Assembly: GCA_963674965.2 (NCBI GenBank)
Contig: CAXXFL010000001.1
Span: 1,440,001 to 1,504,000 of the forward strand
DNA from: a bacterium
GTDB taxonomy: Bacteria > RBG-13-61-14 > DATKZS01
Direction of reading: 5' to 3'
Length of the DNA stretch: 64,000 nucleotides
The position numbers and the translations under genes were made by a program. Of the stretch, positions 19,201 to 26,629 are shown in pieces. Within the stretch, counting starts at the first letter, position 1. Each line of letters starts with the position of its first letter. The notes beneath the pieces were generated by a model. The model was not told where the DNA came from, did not search any database, and was given only the letters and a program-made list of their open reading frames with translations.

Positions 19201-20050
19201 AAACGGGCTGGTTGGAGGCCAGATATCCCTCTCCACCGCCCCGGATTCCGCCAACAACCCTGGAGCCGTTCACTACGCGTATATCAATGATGATACGGCC
19301 GATACCGTCAGATACTCCCAATGCGTTTTCTCCTCCAGTTCCCCATATATATCCTGCCTTGACGCCATCGAGATCGCGGAAATAGACATTGGCAACGGAG
19401 CGATCGACATGACCTCGAAGGAGATATACAACGCCTTTTATGGCCAAACGAGAAACACCGCTTTTATAAGCAAATTGGACGTGAGCGGCACGGGGCAGAT
19501 AAGTGCCTATGCCGCTCACCTTAACCAGGCTCAGACCGGACTGGCCAGCGCCTTATTGCGCGTTGAATACATCCCTGTCTCCGGCAGGTTGAATTTCGAT
19601 ACTTCCTGTAGCCTATTTAACAACAATTTCATCGCCCATCTCGCGTATGGCGCTAACGAATACGGCACGGGCAAGATTTACTACTCTTTTATTTCCGGGG
19701 GACAGTACTTGACCATATTGGTTTCCGACGGGAGCGCGGACGCCACTGACCCGTCGATTACCATCGATCCGGCCGGAGACGTGAACGTCGTTTACATGCA
19801 AGTCGTGGATGGCTCGATTCAAATCCACCATCGTAAGGTGATGATCAAGTACGACTCCGACGCCTCGGGTTACGATCTGCATCTTGGAGACGTAAGAAAC
19901 GTGACGGACTATGATCTCTCCGAAGACGCTTCCGCGCCGGTGGTGGACGTGGACCGGAATCTTCATATGAGTTTCTTATGGCTGGATAAATATTCTTTCA
20001 AAGAAGATAGCGAGAACGATAAATTGATGTATCGATACGTCAGGCAATAG
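13250..20050 (+). CDS. Very large secreted multidomain protein with thrombospondin type 3-like Ca-binding repeats, beta-propeller-like segments and a GH39-like glycoside hydrolase domain
   Basis: 2266-aa ORF, AAGGAG RBS, N-terminal signal; DxDGDGLxD repeats at about 14840-15160; RYGSDKVNSWYLEIYNE and AYTED resemble GH39 acid/base and nucleophile motifs. Confidence 0.7.
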   Translation: MDFIKKNRSKMAVPLGTSLLICLTVVTCALPQGADIKWTHPPFLNFGYGIKIHDVVDPNMNDKNERIVFYFGEGQDTSSFYPGDDLAIEKCLAHEINGVWQCDGQSESLDLNEYLPTDFCQFGPGQPGAELCFICNDYSTPCSSSDNNCCQFIGFQYDTEEYILSESSRVTGSFTYAYAWDWTEKDGLDDKIYDRLTIWVDNLEGDASSNYLYFVTINGQYTLEFVSHAHDDSWDEIPYLKSRRPAFNSGLGIGEPFPPHGELKMEFSEPMRIVAPHAWYDPAPPPSEDSFIGLDEYGQEISDFTNSTVFRGWMDAGLPPNTDVNIILFGEGNEWWSMLNYHPDDLIGQSVRPSEIGHDQYLVWPPLQDADGTRMAMGDYIEAVENPAGSGVLEESYTMDEFSSHDPYDVVELLFKTSPVRADVRYDKDNIDNELLAPYMPLSGCVEMSAQVDEAEVDGLDLEVLDPSADYADSGLGLGSCGPISSGQAACAFDFSGVPVSGKTYSIRFNSYYGAALKGLDQINAQFDLTGDHDADGLSDAQEIQNHSTDPCIADTDGDGLFDGDEVYTYMTDPTDPDTDGDGMPDGWEHVNGLDPLDDGDWDDDQDSDGLTNLNEFNNGTDPSNQDTDGDGLFDDMEIFYGYPYDPLEPQENSNIIVDARSSVFGSFDDPYNHRTIPNMDTGLYELFLLNQAKDTFDYVGNGMLLFEIDANGSLTLVRHLNSDVSSGDWDGVDTEDQWFEDTITSFALNGDELVIGSFRGGLYYYDLVNEKINKHFTMANTNVAATITQIAGNDIYLVPDDCDIVNPLCPSPSTTPCLSSDLTSGWDWQNAINRQIMINGYSFIVTSISVAGSEIVVQLLQPMEYFARPDPIQGVGPSYNKAVFQTGLIENNVFQIQADSDDIWINSGRSQMKSPFLGADETGGMSKIKKSGIQDGNSSIRPQASEAGYNMYPAASFHIDSNETKWIVWDNSDSATETAIGKLTLIGDYNEKTYTYADPSTIYGAEPISVIEDAQLGEKKYLLFGTKYNAGSIEKGVFVYDIDSDIFIAKLRHNLDDYYHVIDGDQSGDPNSILGNNVFAIKAQVVKVGPSNNEKDHVFAWIATDHGVSLVDLPQTSTDELENCGTNCAFEHFDASSKVTNGWDYSGYPMMHDDVLQYSCLPDNIVYDVHVESAIPANDIKDVTWTVWFATASGLARFKGTSEEFQYVDSQCEQLHWDYYNNSTDSLLFPDQKNDKVSSMLFFNHGDKDYLAVGSGDPFYHNTGNTSKEIELLNEANKTSPNKPFRKVRANIFINEDWTQNVWERGYNSIYNFYTKDFHDATSVTGDECGIEEPQCIEDEIHRLKFGNLDLIMDKLVQERDVIPIIGFHSFPMIIWNEMGKDCGHFFASDPEHSMGCWGSVDWRVYQNLVYALLYHYRERYGSDKVNSWYLEIYNENGPFDLNDDYYQATLEAIEAFEAKYGKTINFGVNKSGFVDDFSFSEGDDGWMSRLDIITCHPYDHASLYKASPIHLQTHLDGVRASRLWIHKLFPHATWAYTEDGPWFSTDSRANYDIFLRTYNNHRFGIYNWDGVRDIHDSSMLDILRPPDFSNHENFNFSKAGSFVNLWNYTNYIEDKAVVRNVNFTAQEALSHLGDLRIFASKYGNGSEMAPFATLDSHNMGSIAVAAQDYSFWGLYPDDLLDQALVNRSVRTHNITINGLDPNAEYNVLEYKLDEEHGSESDDDYYLGAYYQYMEQGCAIKPQNCTGPVLEKIIEDSKLKRLKGASERAFSEMVSGSSHIDGSIDLVEGGAYVVELQAAPVLHHDPAQIPAEHSMISDPAGNIFVTYKAGDSLFLKSWDVNTNKWSVEGVLDFDDSRSVSDVQYVVDAQSYLASFQDGAPGGPYEGKKIIHLADHYIHPESIVLTQTGIDYTPRNACYQGMYNLKYNYHDKTLELCPGSEMSDGQVTVNYDRSVVLLGAESSANQPGLYAHDGVSLFGHVVEQNGLVGGQISLSTAPDSANNPGAVHYAYINDDTADTVRYSQCVFSSSSPYISCLDAIEIAEIDIGNGAIDMTSKEIYNAFYGQTRNTAFISKLDVSGTGQISAYAAHLNQAQTGLASALLRVEYIPVSGRLNFDTSCSLFNNNFIAHLAYGANEYGTGKIYYSFISGGQYLTILVSDGSADATDPSITIDPAGDVNVVYMQVVDGSIQIHHRKVMIKYDSDASGYDLHLGDVRNVTDYDLSEDASAPVVDVDRNLHMSFLWLDKYSFKEDSENDKLMYRYVRQ

Positions 20051-20060
20051 GCGCCTGGGC

Positions 20061-20278
20061 GGGTGGGCCACGCGGTTTTGCAAAAAATCGCGTGGCTCGC
20101 GCGAAACGAGACGGGTATGCCGTTAAAAGCTTCTCACGGTTCTTGGAAATTCAATTTGAGCTTTTAACTTCCTTAACGCGCGCATACGGTGAAGCCGCAA
20201 GCTTCTACTTGCCTCGTGGCGCAAGGCCCGTTCGTTTGGCCCACCCCCTCATTCGCGCCGGATGAGGGGGACAACCCC
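20061..20278. repeat. REP/REPIN-like palindromic element, copy 1
   Basis: GGGTGGGCCACGCG...CGCGTGGC hairpin at left end, CCCCCTCATT...ATGAGGGGG hairpin at right end; internal sequence shared with 24531-24722. Confidence 0.7.
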
Positions 20279-20307
20279 GGAAAAGAGCTCGAGGAGGGCG
20301 GCGCCAT

Positions 20308-21000
20308 TCAGACTTCAGGATATCTTCCGCAGCCGATGCCCTCGCCCAGTTTGCACCAGGTGCATTGGCCCGGCGTCTGATCGGCCAAAAACAGTTGGGA
20401 CTCGCATTTTCCGCAAAGGTATTCCTCGCCCTTTTTCATGGGCCCGTCGCAGGGAGTAATGGTCATGGGGCACAGCTCGACGCAGTAGCCGCATTTTTTG
20501 CAGTAATCGGGCCGGACGCCAAAGGGAAAATCAACTCGGCGGTCCTTGCCCCGGCCCACGAAGCCGATGGCGCGCGCTCCCCAAAGCTCGGTACAAGCCC
20601 TTACGCAGCGCCCGCACAACACGCAGTCATGGTTGCGGAAAGGATACCTGACCTCCTTGACCCCGCACCGCGCGGCTATGTCCTGGATGGCCCTCGAGTT
20701 GGGGGCCTGGGCCACGAGCAGCTCGGCGATATTTTTGCGAAGTTTTCTTATCTTATCGGTATTGGTTTTTATGACCATTCCCTCCTGGACCTTGAGGGTG
20801 CAGGAGGTCGTGATTTTGGATTTTCCGTTAACCACGTGCTCGACGATGCAAAGCCTGCAGGCGCCTATATCCGAGAGGGTCTCGACGTGGCAAAGGTGAG
20901 GGATGCAAATCCCGTACTCCAGGGCCACGTCCAGGACGCTGGTTCCCTTTGCCGCCTTGACGTTTCCGCCGTCTATAATTACGTTCACGTAATGGATCAT
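20308..21000 (-). CDS. HoxU/NuoG-N/HydA-N-like Fe-S subunit (2Fe-2S + 2x4Fe-4S) without catalytic domain
   Basis: IPHLC...GACRLCIVE...TSC; CVLCGRCVRAC; CKKCGYCVELCP; extra C-terminal Cys cluster. Confidence 0.85.
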   Translation of the reverse strand: MIHYVNVIIDGGNVKAAKGTSVLDVALEYGICIPHLCHVETLSDIGACRLCIVEHVVNGKSKITTSCTLKVQEGMVIKTNTDKIRKLRKNIAELLVAQAPNSRAIQDIAARCGVKEVRYPFRNHDCVLCGRCVRACTELWGARAIGFVGRGKDRRVDFPFGVRPDYCKKCGYCVELCPMTITPCDGPMKKGEEYLCGKCESQLFLADQTPGQCTWCKLGEGIGCGRYPEV

Positions 21001-21011
21001 GTTTCACCTCG

Positions 21012-22865
21012 TCAGTTGATTTGTATGGCCTCGAACTTGCACTCGCTCCGGCATATGCCGCACTTCTGACATAGTTTCAGGTCGATCGAGTGGGCCATCT
21101 TTTTGCTTCCGCTGATGGCGTCATGGGGACAGTTACGTTTACAAACTCCGCAGCCCGTGCACTTTTCGGGATCGATGGAGTAGCTGATAAGGGCCTTGCA
21201 AACGCCCGCGGGGCATTTCTTGTCGTTAATATGCGCCTCGTACTCCTCGCGGAAATAGCGCAGCGTCGAGAGCACCGGGTTGGGCGCGGTTTTTCCGAGT
21301 CCGCAAAGGGCGGTCTGGCTGACGGTGTCGGCCAGCTCTTCAAGCAGCTCGAGTTTTTGCGGCGTGCCTTTTCCCTCGGTGATATCCGTGACGATCTCGA
21401 GCATGCGGTCGATGCCCAGGCGGCAGGGCACGCACTTGCCGCAGGATTCATCCTGCAGGAACTCGAGGAAATACTTGGCCACGTCCACCATGCACGACTC
21501 CTCGTCCATGACCACCATGCCGCCGGAGCCGACCATGGAGCCCGCCTCATAAAAGAGATCGAAGTCAACGGGCAGATCGAATTTCGAAACCGGGAGGCAA
21601 CCGCCGGAGGGACCACCCGTTTGCACGGCCTTGACGGCCTTTCCGTTCAAGGCCCCGCCCCCCACGTCGAAAACAACCGTCTTGAGGGGCGTGCCCATGG
21701 CGACCTCAACGAGGCCCGTGTTCTTGACGCGTCCAGTCAAGGCGAGGATTTTAGTTCCCTTGCTTCCGCTTGTCCCCTTGGAGGCGAACCATTTGGCCCC
21801 GTTCGATATTATGGAGGGGACGTTGGCCCACGTTTCCACGTTGTTCAAAGTGGTCGGCTTGTGCCATACCCCATCGATGACGGTATGAATGTCCTTTGGC
21901 CTTGGCTCTCCCACTTTTCCCTCGAGCGAGGCCATAAGGGCCGTCGATTCTCCGCAGACGAAAGCTCCGCCTCCACGTGCTATCTCGACGTCGAAGGAAA
22001 AGGAAGACCCCAAAAGGTCCTCCCCCAACAGGCCCATTTCTCTTGCCTGTTCCACCGCTATGCGCGAATGTTCCACCGCCAGAGGATACTCGTTGCGGAC
22101 GTAAACGTATCCCTTTTGGGCGCCCACGGCCAGGGCCCCGATCATCATGCCCTCGAGCACGAGATGGGGATTGCCCTCGAGGAGGCACCTGTCCATATAA
22201 GCGCCGGGGTCACCCTCGTCGGCGTTGCAGATAACGTACTTCTCGTCGCCCGGCGCCTCATGGCATTCGGTCCATTTTTTGCCGGTGGGAAATCCGCCTC
22301 CTCCTCGGCCCCGCAGGCCGGAGACCTTGATCTCACGGATTATCTCCTCCGGAGCCATGCCCTCGAGGGCCTTGACAAAGGCCGAGTAGCCTCCAATCGC
22401 CACGTAGTCCTCGATCGAGCAAGGATCAACCTCGCGGTTAAGGGAGAGCAACCGACGCTCCTGGGCCGCGTAAAAAGGTATATCGGACTGGGTTTTAGCC
22501 CTCTTCCCGGTCACGGGATCCGTGTAAAGAAGGCGCTCGACGATCTTGCCTTTGTGGAGGGTCTTGAACACCACCTCCTGGGCGTCCTCCGGGGTCAGTT
22601 GGCAATAGAAAAAATTGCCCGGCTCGATCACGGCTATGGGACCCTGCTCGCAAAACCCGTGGCATCCCGTCACCCGGACGTGGACCATCTCGTCCATGCT
22701 CTGCGCCGTCAGTTCCTTTTTTATGGCCTCGATAACGCGCTGGGACTCCGAGGCCCGGCAGCCGGTTCCGCCGCATATGGTGATGGTTTTTTTGGCTTTT
22801 CCCCGTGAGCGGCTGATCTTTTTGGCCAGAGCTTCAAGGTCGCCGGATTTTTGCAACTTAGGCAT
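21012..22865 (-). CDS. NuoF/HoxF/HydB-like NAD(P)H- and FMN-binding subunit with N-terminal 2Fe-2S and C-terminal 2x4Fe-4S
   Basis: GLRGRGGGGFPTG, CNADEGDPGAYMDR, GAFVCGE, ESCGKCVPCR; start taken at ATG 22865. Confidence 0.93.
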   Translation of the reverse strand: MPKLQKSGDLEALAKKISRSRGKAKKTITICGGTGCRASESQRVIEAIKKELTAQSMDEMVHVRVTGCHGFCEQGPIAVIEPGNFFYCQLTPEDAQEVVFKTLHKGKIVERLLYTDPVTGKRAKTQSDIPFYAAQERRLLSLNREVDPCSIEDYVAIGGYSAFVKALEGMAPEEIIREIKVSGLRGRGGGGFPTGKKWTECHEAPGDEKYVICNADEGDPGAYMDRCLLEGNPHLVLEGMMIGALAVGAQKGYVYVRNEYPLAVEHSRIAVEQAREMGLLGEDLLGSSFSFDVEIARGGGAFVCGESTALMASLEGKVGEPRPKDIHTVIDGVWHKPTTLNNVETWANVPSIISNGAKWFASKGTSGSKGTKILALTGRVKNTGLVEVAMGTPLKTVVFDVGGGALNGKAVKAVQTGGPSGGCLPVSKFDLPVDFDLFYEAGSMVGSGGMVVMDEESCMVDVAKYFLEFLQDESCGKCVPCRLGIDRMLEIVTDITEGKGTPQKLELLEELADTVSQTALCGLGKTAPNPVLSTLRYFREEYEAHINDKKCPAGVCKALISYSIDPEKCTGCGVCKRNCPHDAISGSKKMAHSIDLKLCQKCGICRSECKFEAIQIN

Positions 22866-23340
22866 CTTTGGACTCCTTTTTCTCCTTGAGAGAAAGCTCA
22901 TTGATAAGTTTCCGAAGTTTGCCGGGAGTCATGTGGTGATGGTAGACGCCGTTTACGGAAACGATGGGACCCAGGGCGCAGGCCCCCAGGCAATTGACGT
23001 GCTCGACGGTAAAGAGGCCATCGTCGGTCATCTGGCCGGGCTTGACGCCAAGCTGAGCTGTAGCCTGGTCCAGAAGCAGCTTTCCGCCGCGCACGTGACA
23101 GGCGGTGCCCATGCACATGGTGATCACGTTTTTTCCGCGGGGGAACAGCTTGAAAGCCTTGTAAAAGGAGGCCACGCGGTATACCTCGATTTGCGGCACT
23201 CCCAGTTCCCTGGAGATTTCCTTCATGGCTTCCTCGGGTATGTATCCGACGCTTTCCTGCAGGTCCTGCAGTACTTCGATAAGCTGGCTGGGACTGCTGC
23301 GTCGTCCTTTTAAAATGGAGTCGAGTTTAAAGGTCTGCAT
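22858..23340 (-). CDS. NuoE/HoxE/HydC-like 2Fe-2S subunit
   Basis: VASFY, CMGTACHVRG, CLGACALGP. Confidence 0.93.
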   Translation of the reverse strand: MQTFKLDSILKGRRSSPSQLIEVLQDLQESVGYIPEEAMKEISRELGVPQIEVYRVASFYKAFKLFPRGKNVITMCMGTACHVRGGKLLLDQATAQLGVKPGQMTDDGLFTVEHVNCLGACALGPIVSVNGVYHHHMTPGKLRKLINELSLKEKKESKDA

Positions 23341-23440
23341 ATAAACCTCCAGGTTCGATTGAAATAGTGAATTTGTTATTGACCTTACCGATTCTAGAGT
23401 GTAAGATTAAGCGTGTAAATACGGATTAATTACAATATAA

Positions 23441-23496
23441 TTGCCTATTTATTATAGGCAAATATAACTATTATTCATACAGTATGTTTTGCCTAT
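23441..23496. promoter_or_regulatory. Palindromic operator TTGCCTAT-N5-ATAGGCAA plus extra half-site in divergent promoter region
   Basis: Perfect 8-bp inverted repeat 23441-23461; TTGCCTAT again at 23489-23496. Confidence 0.55.
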
Positions 23497-23515
23497 ATAA
23501 AATGTGTAAAAAGGG

Positions 23516-24499
23516 ATGGATATGAGTAAGGACGAGTTTGGACCAGTCGGGCCGGAAGGCAATCATCATTATCCCGATCAAGAGCTGGCAAAGTTGTGGA
23601 GAATTCCCTTCAGCGACGAGTCGGAGTTCGCGAAAATCGAGCAGGCCCTGCGCGAGCGTATAAAGGAGCTAAACTGCCTTTACGGAGTCTCCCAGTTGGC
23701 GGAGCGTCATTTCAATTCCCTTGACGACCTTCTTGGCAGTCTGGTGAATTTTCTTCCCCACTCTTGGCAATACCCGAGGATAACCAGGGCCAGGATTACC
23801 TTCAAGGAAAAAACCTTTAAAAGCGATGGTTTCAAGATCACCAAATGGCGCCAATACTCGAGGATTTTCATTTATGGCGAGGCGGTGGGCGAGGTTTCCA
23901 TGTTTTACATGGATGAGCGCCCGCCCGCGGACGAAGGCCCTTTTTTAAAAGAGGAGAGAGCGCTTCTGGACGCGTTGGCCGAGCAGATCGGCGCCATCGC
24001 GGCCAGGATTTCCGCCGAGCTCGAGATTCAGGAAATAAATAAGCAACTCACCCTGGAGCGCAGGGCACTGCAGGAATCCAACGTCGCCATGCGCTCGGTC
24101 CTTTCCCGGATCGAGGAGGAAAAGCAGGATATCTACCGGAACATAAAGGCCAACGTGGACAAAATTCTCATGCCCATTCTACACGCCCTGGCCCTGGAGC
24201 TTCCCGCGAACCAGAAAAAGTACGTGGAAATGCTGAGCGCCAACCTCGAGCAGATAACTTCCCCCTTTATCAGCCATTTGTCGCGTTCCTACCACGCCCT
24301 CACCCCCACGGAGATATCCATCTGCAACATGATACGAAACGGCCTTCGCACCAAGGAGATAGCGCGGGTCAGAGGCGTTTCCGACTCCACCGTGAATCGA
24401 CACCGCGAAAACATCAGAAGGAAGCTTAATATAACCAACAGCGACGTCAACCTCGTGACCTACCTTCAATCCAGCATGTGGGAGGATGAAAGACGCTGA
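23516..24499 (+). CDS. LuxR-family transcriptional regulator with N-terminal GAF-like sensory region
   Basis: C-terminal LTPTEISIC...GLRTKEIA..RGVSDSTVNRHRENIRRKL HTH; ERIKELNCLY...GPFLKEE region. Confidence 0.85.
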   Translation: MDMSKDEFGPVGPEGNHHYPDQELAKLWRIPFSDESEFAKIEQALRERIKELNCLYGVSQLAERHFNSLDDLLGSLVNFLPHSWQYPRITRARITFKEKTFKSDGFKITKWRQYSRIFIYGEAVGEVSMFYMDERPPADEGPFLKEERALLDALAEQIGAIAARISAELEIQEINKQLTLERRALQESNVAMRSVLSRIEEEKQDIYRNIKANVDKILMPILHALALELPANQKKYVEMLSANLEQITSPFISHLSRSYHALTPTEISICNMIRNGLRTKEIARVRGVSDSTVNRHRENIRRKLNITNSDVNLVTYLQSSMWEDERR

Positions 24500-24530
24500 T
24501 TTTTTTTTTTAGGATCGGGCGCGCCATAAA

Positions 24531-24722
24531 ACGGCTTTGCCAAAACCGCGTGGCTCTCGCGGAGCGAGACGGGTATGCCGGTATCAGCTTCTCACGGTTC
24601 TTTGAAAAATCAATTTGAGCTTTTCGCATGCAAGTGGAGCCGAAAGCTTCGACATGACTTGAGGCGCTAAGCCCGTTCGCTCCGCTCACCCACTCATTCG
24701 TGCCGAATGAGGTGGGCCACCC
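24531..24722. repeat. REP/REPIN-like palindromic element, copy 2 (left end truncated)
   Basis: Shares CGCGTGGCTC, CGAGACGGGTATGCCG, AGCTTCTCACGGTTCTT, TCAATTTGAGCTTTT and terminal CTCATTCG...ATGAG hairpin with copy 1. Confidence 0.7.
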
Positions 24723-25087
24723 AAGATGACGAGATCGAGGAGGGCGACACCCTCAAGCTGTCCGTGGCGGGCGCGCTGGACGCGGGGACGTACACGGTTC
24801 GGTTCGATAATGGGTCGGGCGCGGTTTTCACCATCGAGGCGTACGTTTCCGAGGGCGCGACTTATATCCTGGTGGACACGGGAGACCCCGGGGACGACGC
24901 CGGCTCCGGCTCATACGATATTGGAATGATATGGGGATATCATACTTATTTATTGACGTTTCCGATATCTCATGTCAATATCGGCAATGATAGTTATAGA
25001 GGGTGGATATTGAATAGCTTAATACAAACAGGAAACGAAATATTATCTCGGCACTCGGAGGAGATACTTGGGCATACAGCGAATTAA
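24723..25087 (+). pseudogene. Possible gene fragment (GC-rich beta-strand-like segment joined to AT-rich sequence)
   Basis: ORF 24707..25087 starts inside the REP-like element; abrupt composition change near 24925. Confidence 0.3.
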
Positions 25088-25162
25088 GTATGCTGTCCCC
25101 AGAACTTCCCAAGTATGCTGTCCCCAGAACTTCCCCTGTCCCCAGAACTTCCCCAGAACTTC
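25086..25162 (+). repeat. Short tandem repeat cluster (CCCCAGAACTTC core x4)
   Basis: AAGTATGCTGTCCCCAGAACTTCCC twice (25086-25135), then two shortened copies. Confidence 0.85.
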
Positions 25163-25240
25163 ACGCAAAATTTAAGACAATATCGCGGGCCATCCCACGC
25201 CACCCTGGGAATGAGTTCACCATTTAAAATTTGGCAACAA

Positions 25241-26539
25241 TCACTGGTCCTCGAACAACGTCCCGGCCTGCCAGTTGTAGTATCCGGTTATGGTATGGCC
25301 GTTTCCTCCGCTTACGGACGAGTAATTTCCATTGGCGTGGTTCTGGTATCCGCCGCTGACGGTGGATTCATTTCCGTCCGCCCCGTTGCCTCTTCCTCCC
25401 AGGACGGCCGAGTCGTCTCCGCTGGCGACGTTATTGTATCCTCCGCTCACGACCGCGAAGTCTCCACTTGCAAGGTTGTGATAGCCGCCGCTCACGCCGG
25501 TGGCGTAGCCGGCGGACCTGTTGTCAAAGCCTCCACTGACGGTGGATGCCATGCCGTAGGCCAGGTTGCTGTCTCCTCCGACCAGGGTCGAGTTTTCGCC
25601 TACCGAGTGGTCCGTCACCAGGGAATCGCCGGCCAGGTTTCCGTAACCGCCGATAATGGCGGAATAATTGGCAAAGGCATGATTGGTGACGTAGCCTCCT
25701 CCTCCCGCCACGGTCGAGCAAGACCCGCTCGCGACGTTAAGGCTTCCGCCGCTGACGCTCGCGTAGACGCCAAGTATACGGTTGCCCTGGCCGGCGACCA
25801 GTCCGCCGTAAGAGCTGTAACCGTGATCTTTGCCGACGATAATGTTATGCGAGCCGCTCCTGTCATATAAGCTGGAGTTTTCGTTATACCCGACGATCAG
25901 GTTGCCGTATCCGGTGGTGTCGCCGTCGGTCGCACCCGTGCCGCTTCTTACGTGGACGTTAACGCCCGTAAAGATAAGGTCGGATACGGTATCACCCTTT
26001 TTTGTCACTGAAACGGGCTCAAGCTTTTCCTCCACGACGCCAAGCGTGGCGCTATTGGTCGCGATATTTACGGAGTTGCCGTCGATTTGCGCTTGAAGCG
26101 CGGCGATCATCGCGTCGACTTCCGCCTTGCTATAATAGTCCCCGCCCCCGCAGTCTCCCGCGACCATGGCGAAGGGGACCGAGGCTATCCTTTGGCGGGG
26201 CGTGAATACTTCTCCTCTTACGGTGACCTCGAGATATACGGTCGAGCCGGAAAATACGGATGGAGTGATCGGGTTGACGCTTCCCAAAAGGACCGAGTAG
26301 ATGCCTTTACTGACGCTAACCGCCGCCTGGGTCTCGCCCCATAATAGGCTCGAGCCGGGAGTATCTCCGTCAACCAATTCGAAACGGACCTCTAACGTGG
26401 ACCCGTCAACGGGCGCCCCGCTATGATCGATGAGCCTGCCTTGGTAGTTAATTAGTTGAGGAACGTCTTGAGCGTTCGCCAAACCGCACGACGCCAATAT
26501 GACCCCAAAAAGGAGCCAGGCCATGGTCTTCGACTTCAT
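25241..26539 (-). CDS. Secreted surface protein with glycine-rich (S)V(S)GG..N.A beta-helix repeats (fibre/adhesin-like)
   Basis: Signal peptide ending ANA-Q, VPQLINYQGRL N-domain, short coiled coil, about 14-aa SVSGG repeats; start at ATG 26539. Confidence 0.7.
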   Translation of the reverse strand: MKSKTMAWLLFGVILASCGLANAQDVPQLINYQGRLIDHSGAPVDGSTLEVRFELVDGDTPGSSLLWGETQAAVSVSKGIYSVLLGSVNPITPSVFSGSTVYLEVTVRGEVFTPRQRIASVPFAMVAGDCGGGDYYSKAEVDAMIAALQAQIDGNSVNIATNSATLGVVEEKLEPVSVTKKGDTVSDLIFTGVNVHVRSGTGATDGDTTGYGNLIVGYNENSSLYDRSGSHNIIVGKDHGYSSYGGLVAGQGNRILGVYASVSGGSLNVASGSCSTVAGGGGYVTNHAFANYSAIIGGYGNLAGDSLVTDHSVGENSTLVGGDSNLAYGMASTVSGGFDNRSAGYATGVSGGYHNLASGDFAVVSGGYNNVASGDDSAVLGGRGNGADGNESTVSGGYQNHANGNYSSVSGGNGHTITGYYNWQAGTLFEDQ

Positions 26540-26629
26540 TTTTTCCCTCCCTGTATAGTTGCCGTTTAACTCCGGCCCCACCCCGGAAAGGCAAAGGAAA
26601 ATAATGCTCCTTTTTGTATTAGGAGGTTA

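Noticed and set aside
20308-23340. Respiratory complex I nuoEFG or [FeFe]-hydrogenase
   Set aside because: No membrane nuo genes; the A subunit lacks H-cluster motifs and the NuoG C-terminal domain
24500-24510. Poly-T tract as a phase-variation site
   Set aside because: Lies after the stop codon, outside any coding or promoter context
25086-25162. Possible mini-CRISPR
   Set aside because: Repeats abut or nest with no spacers
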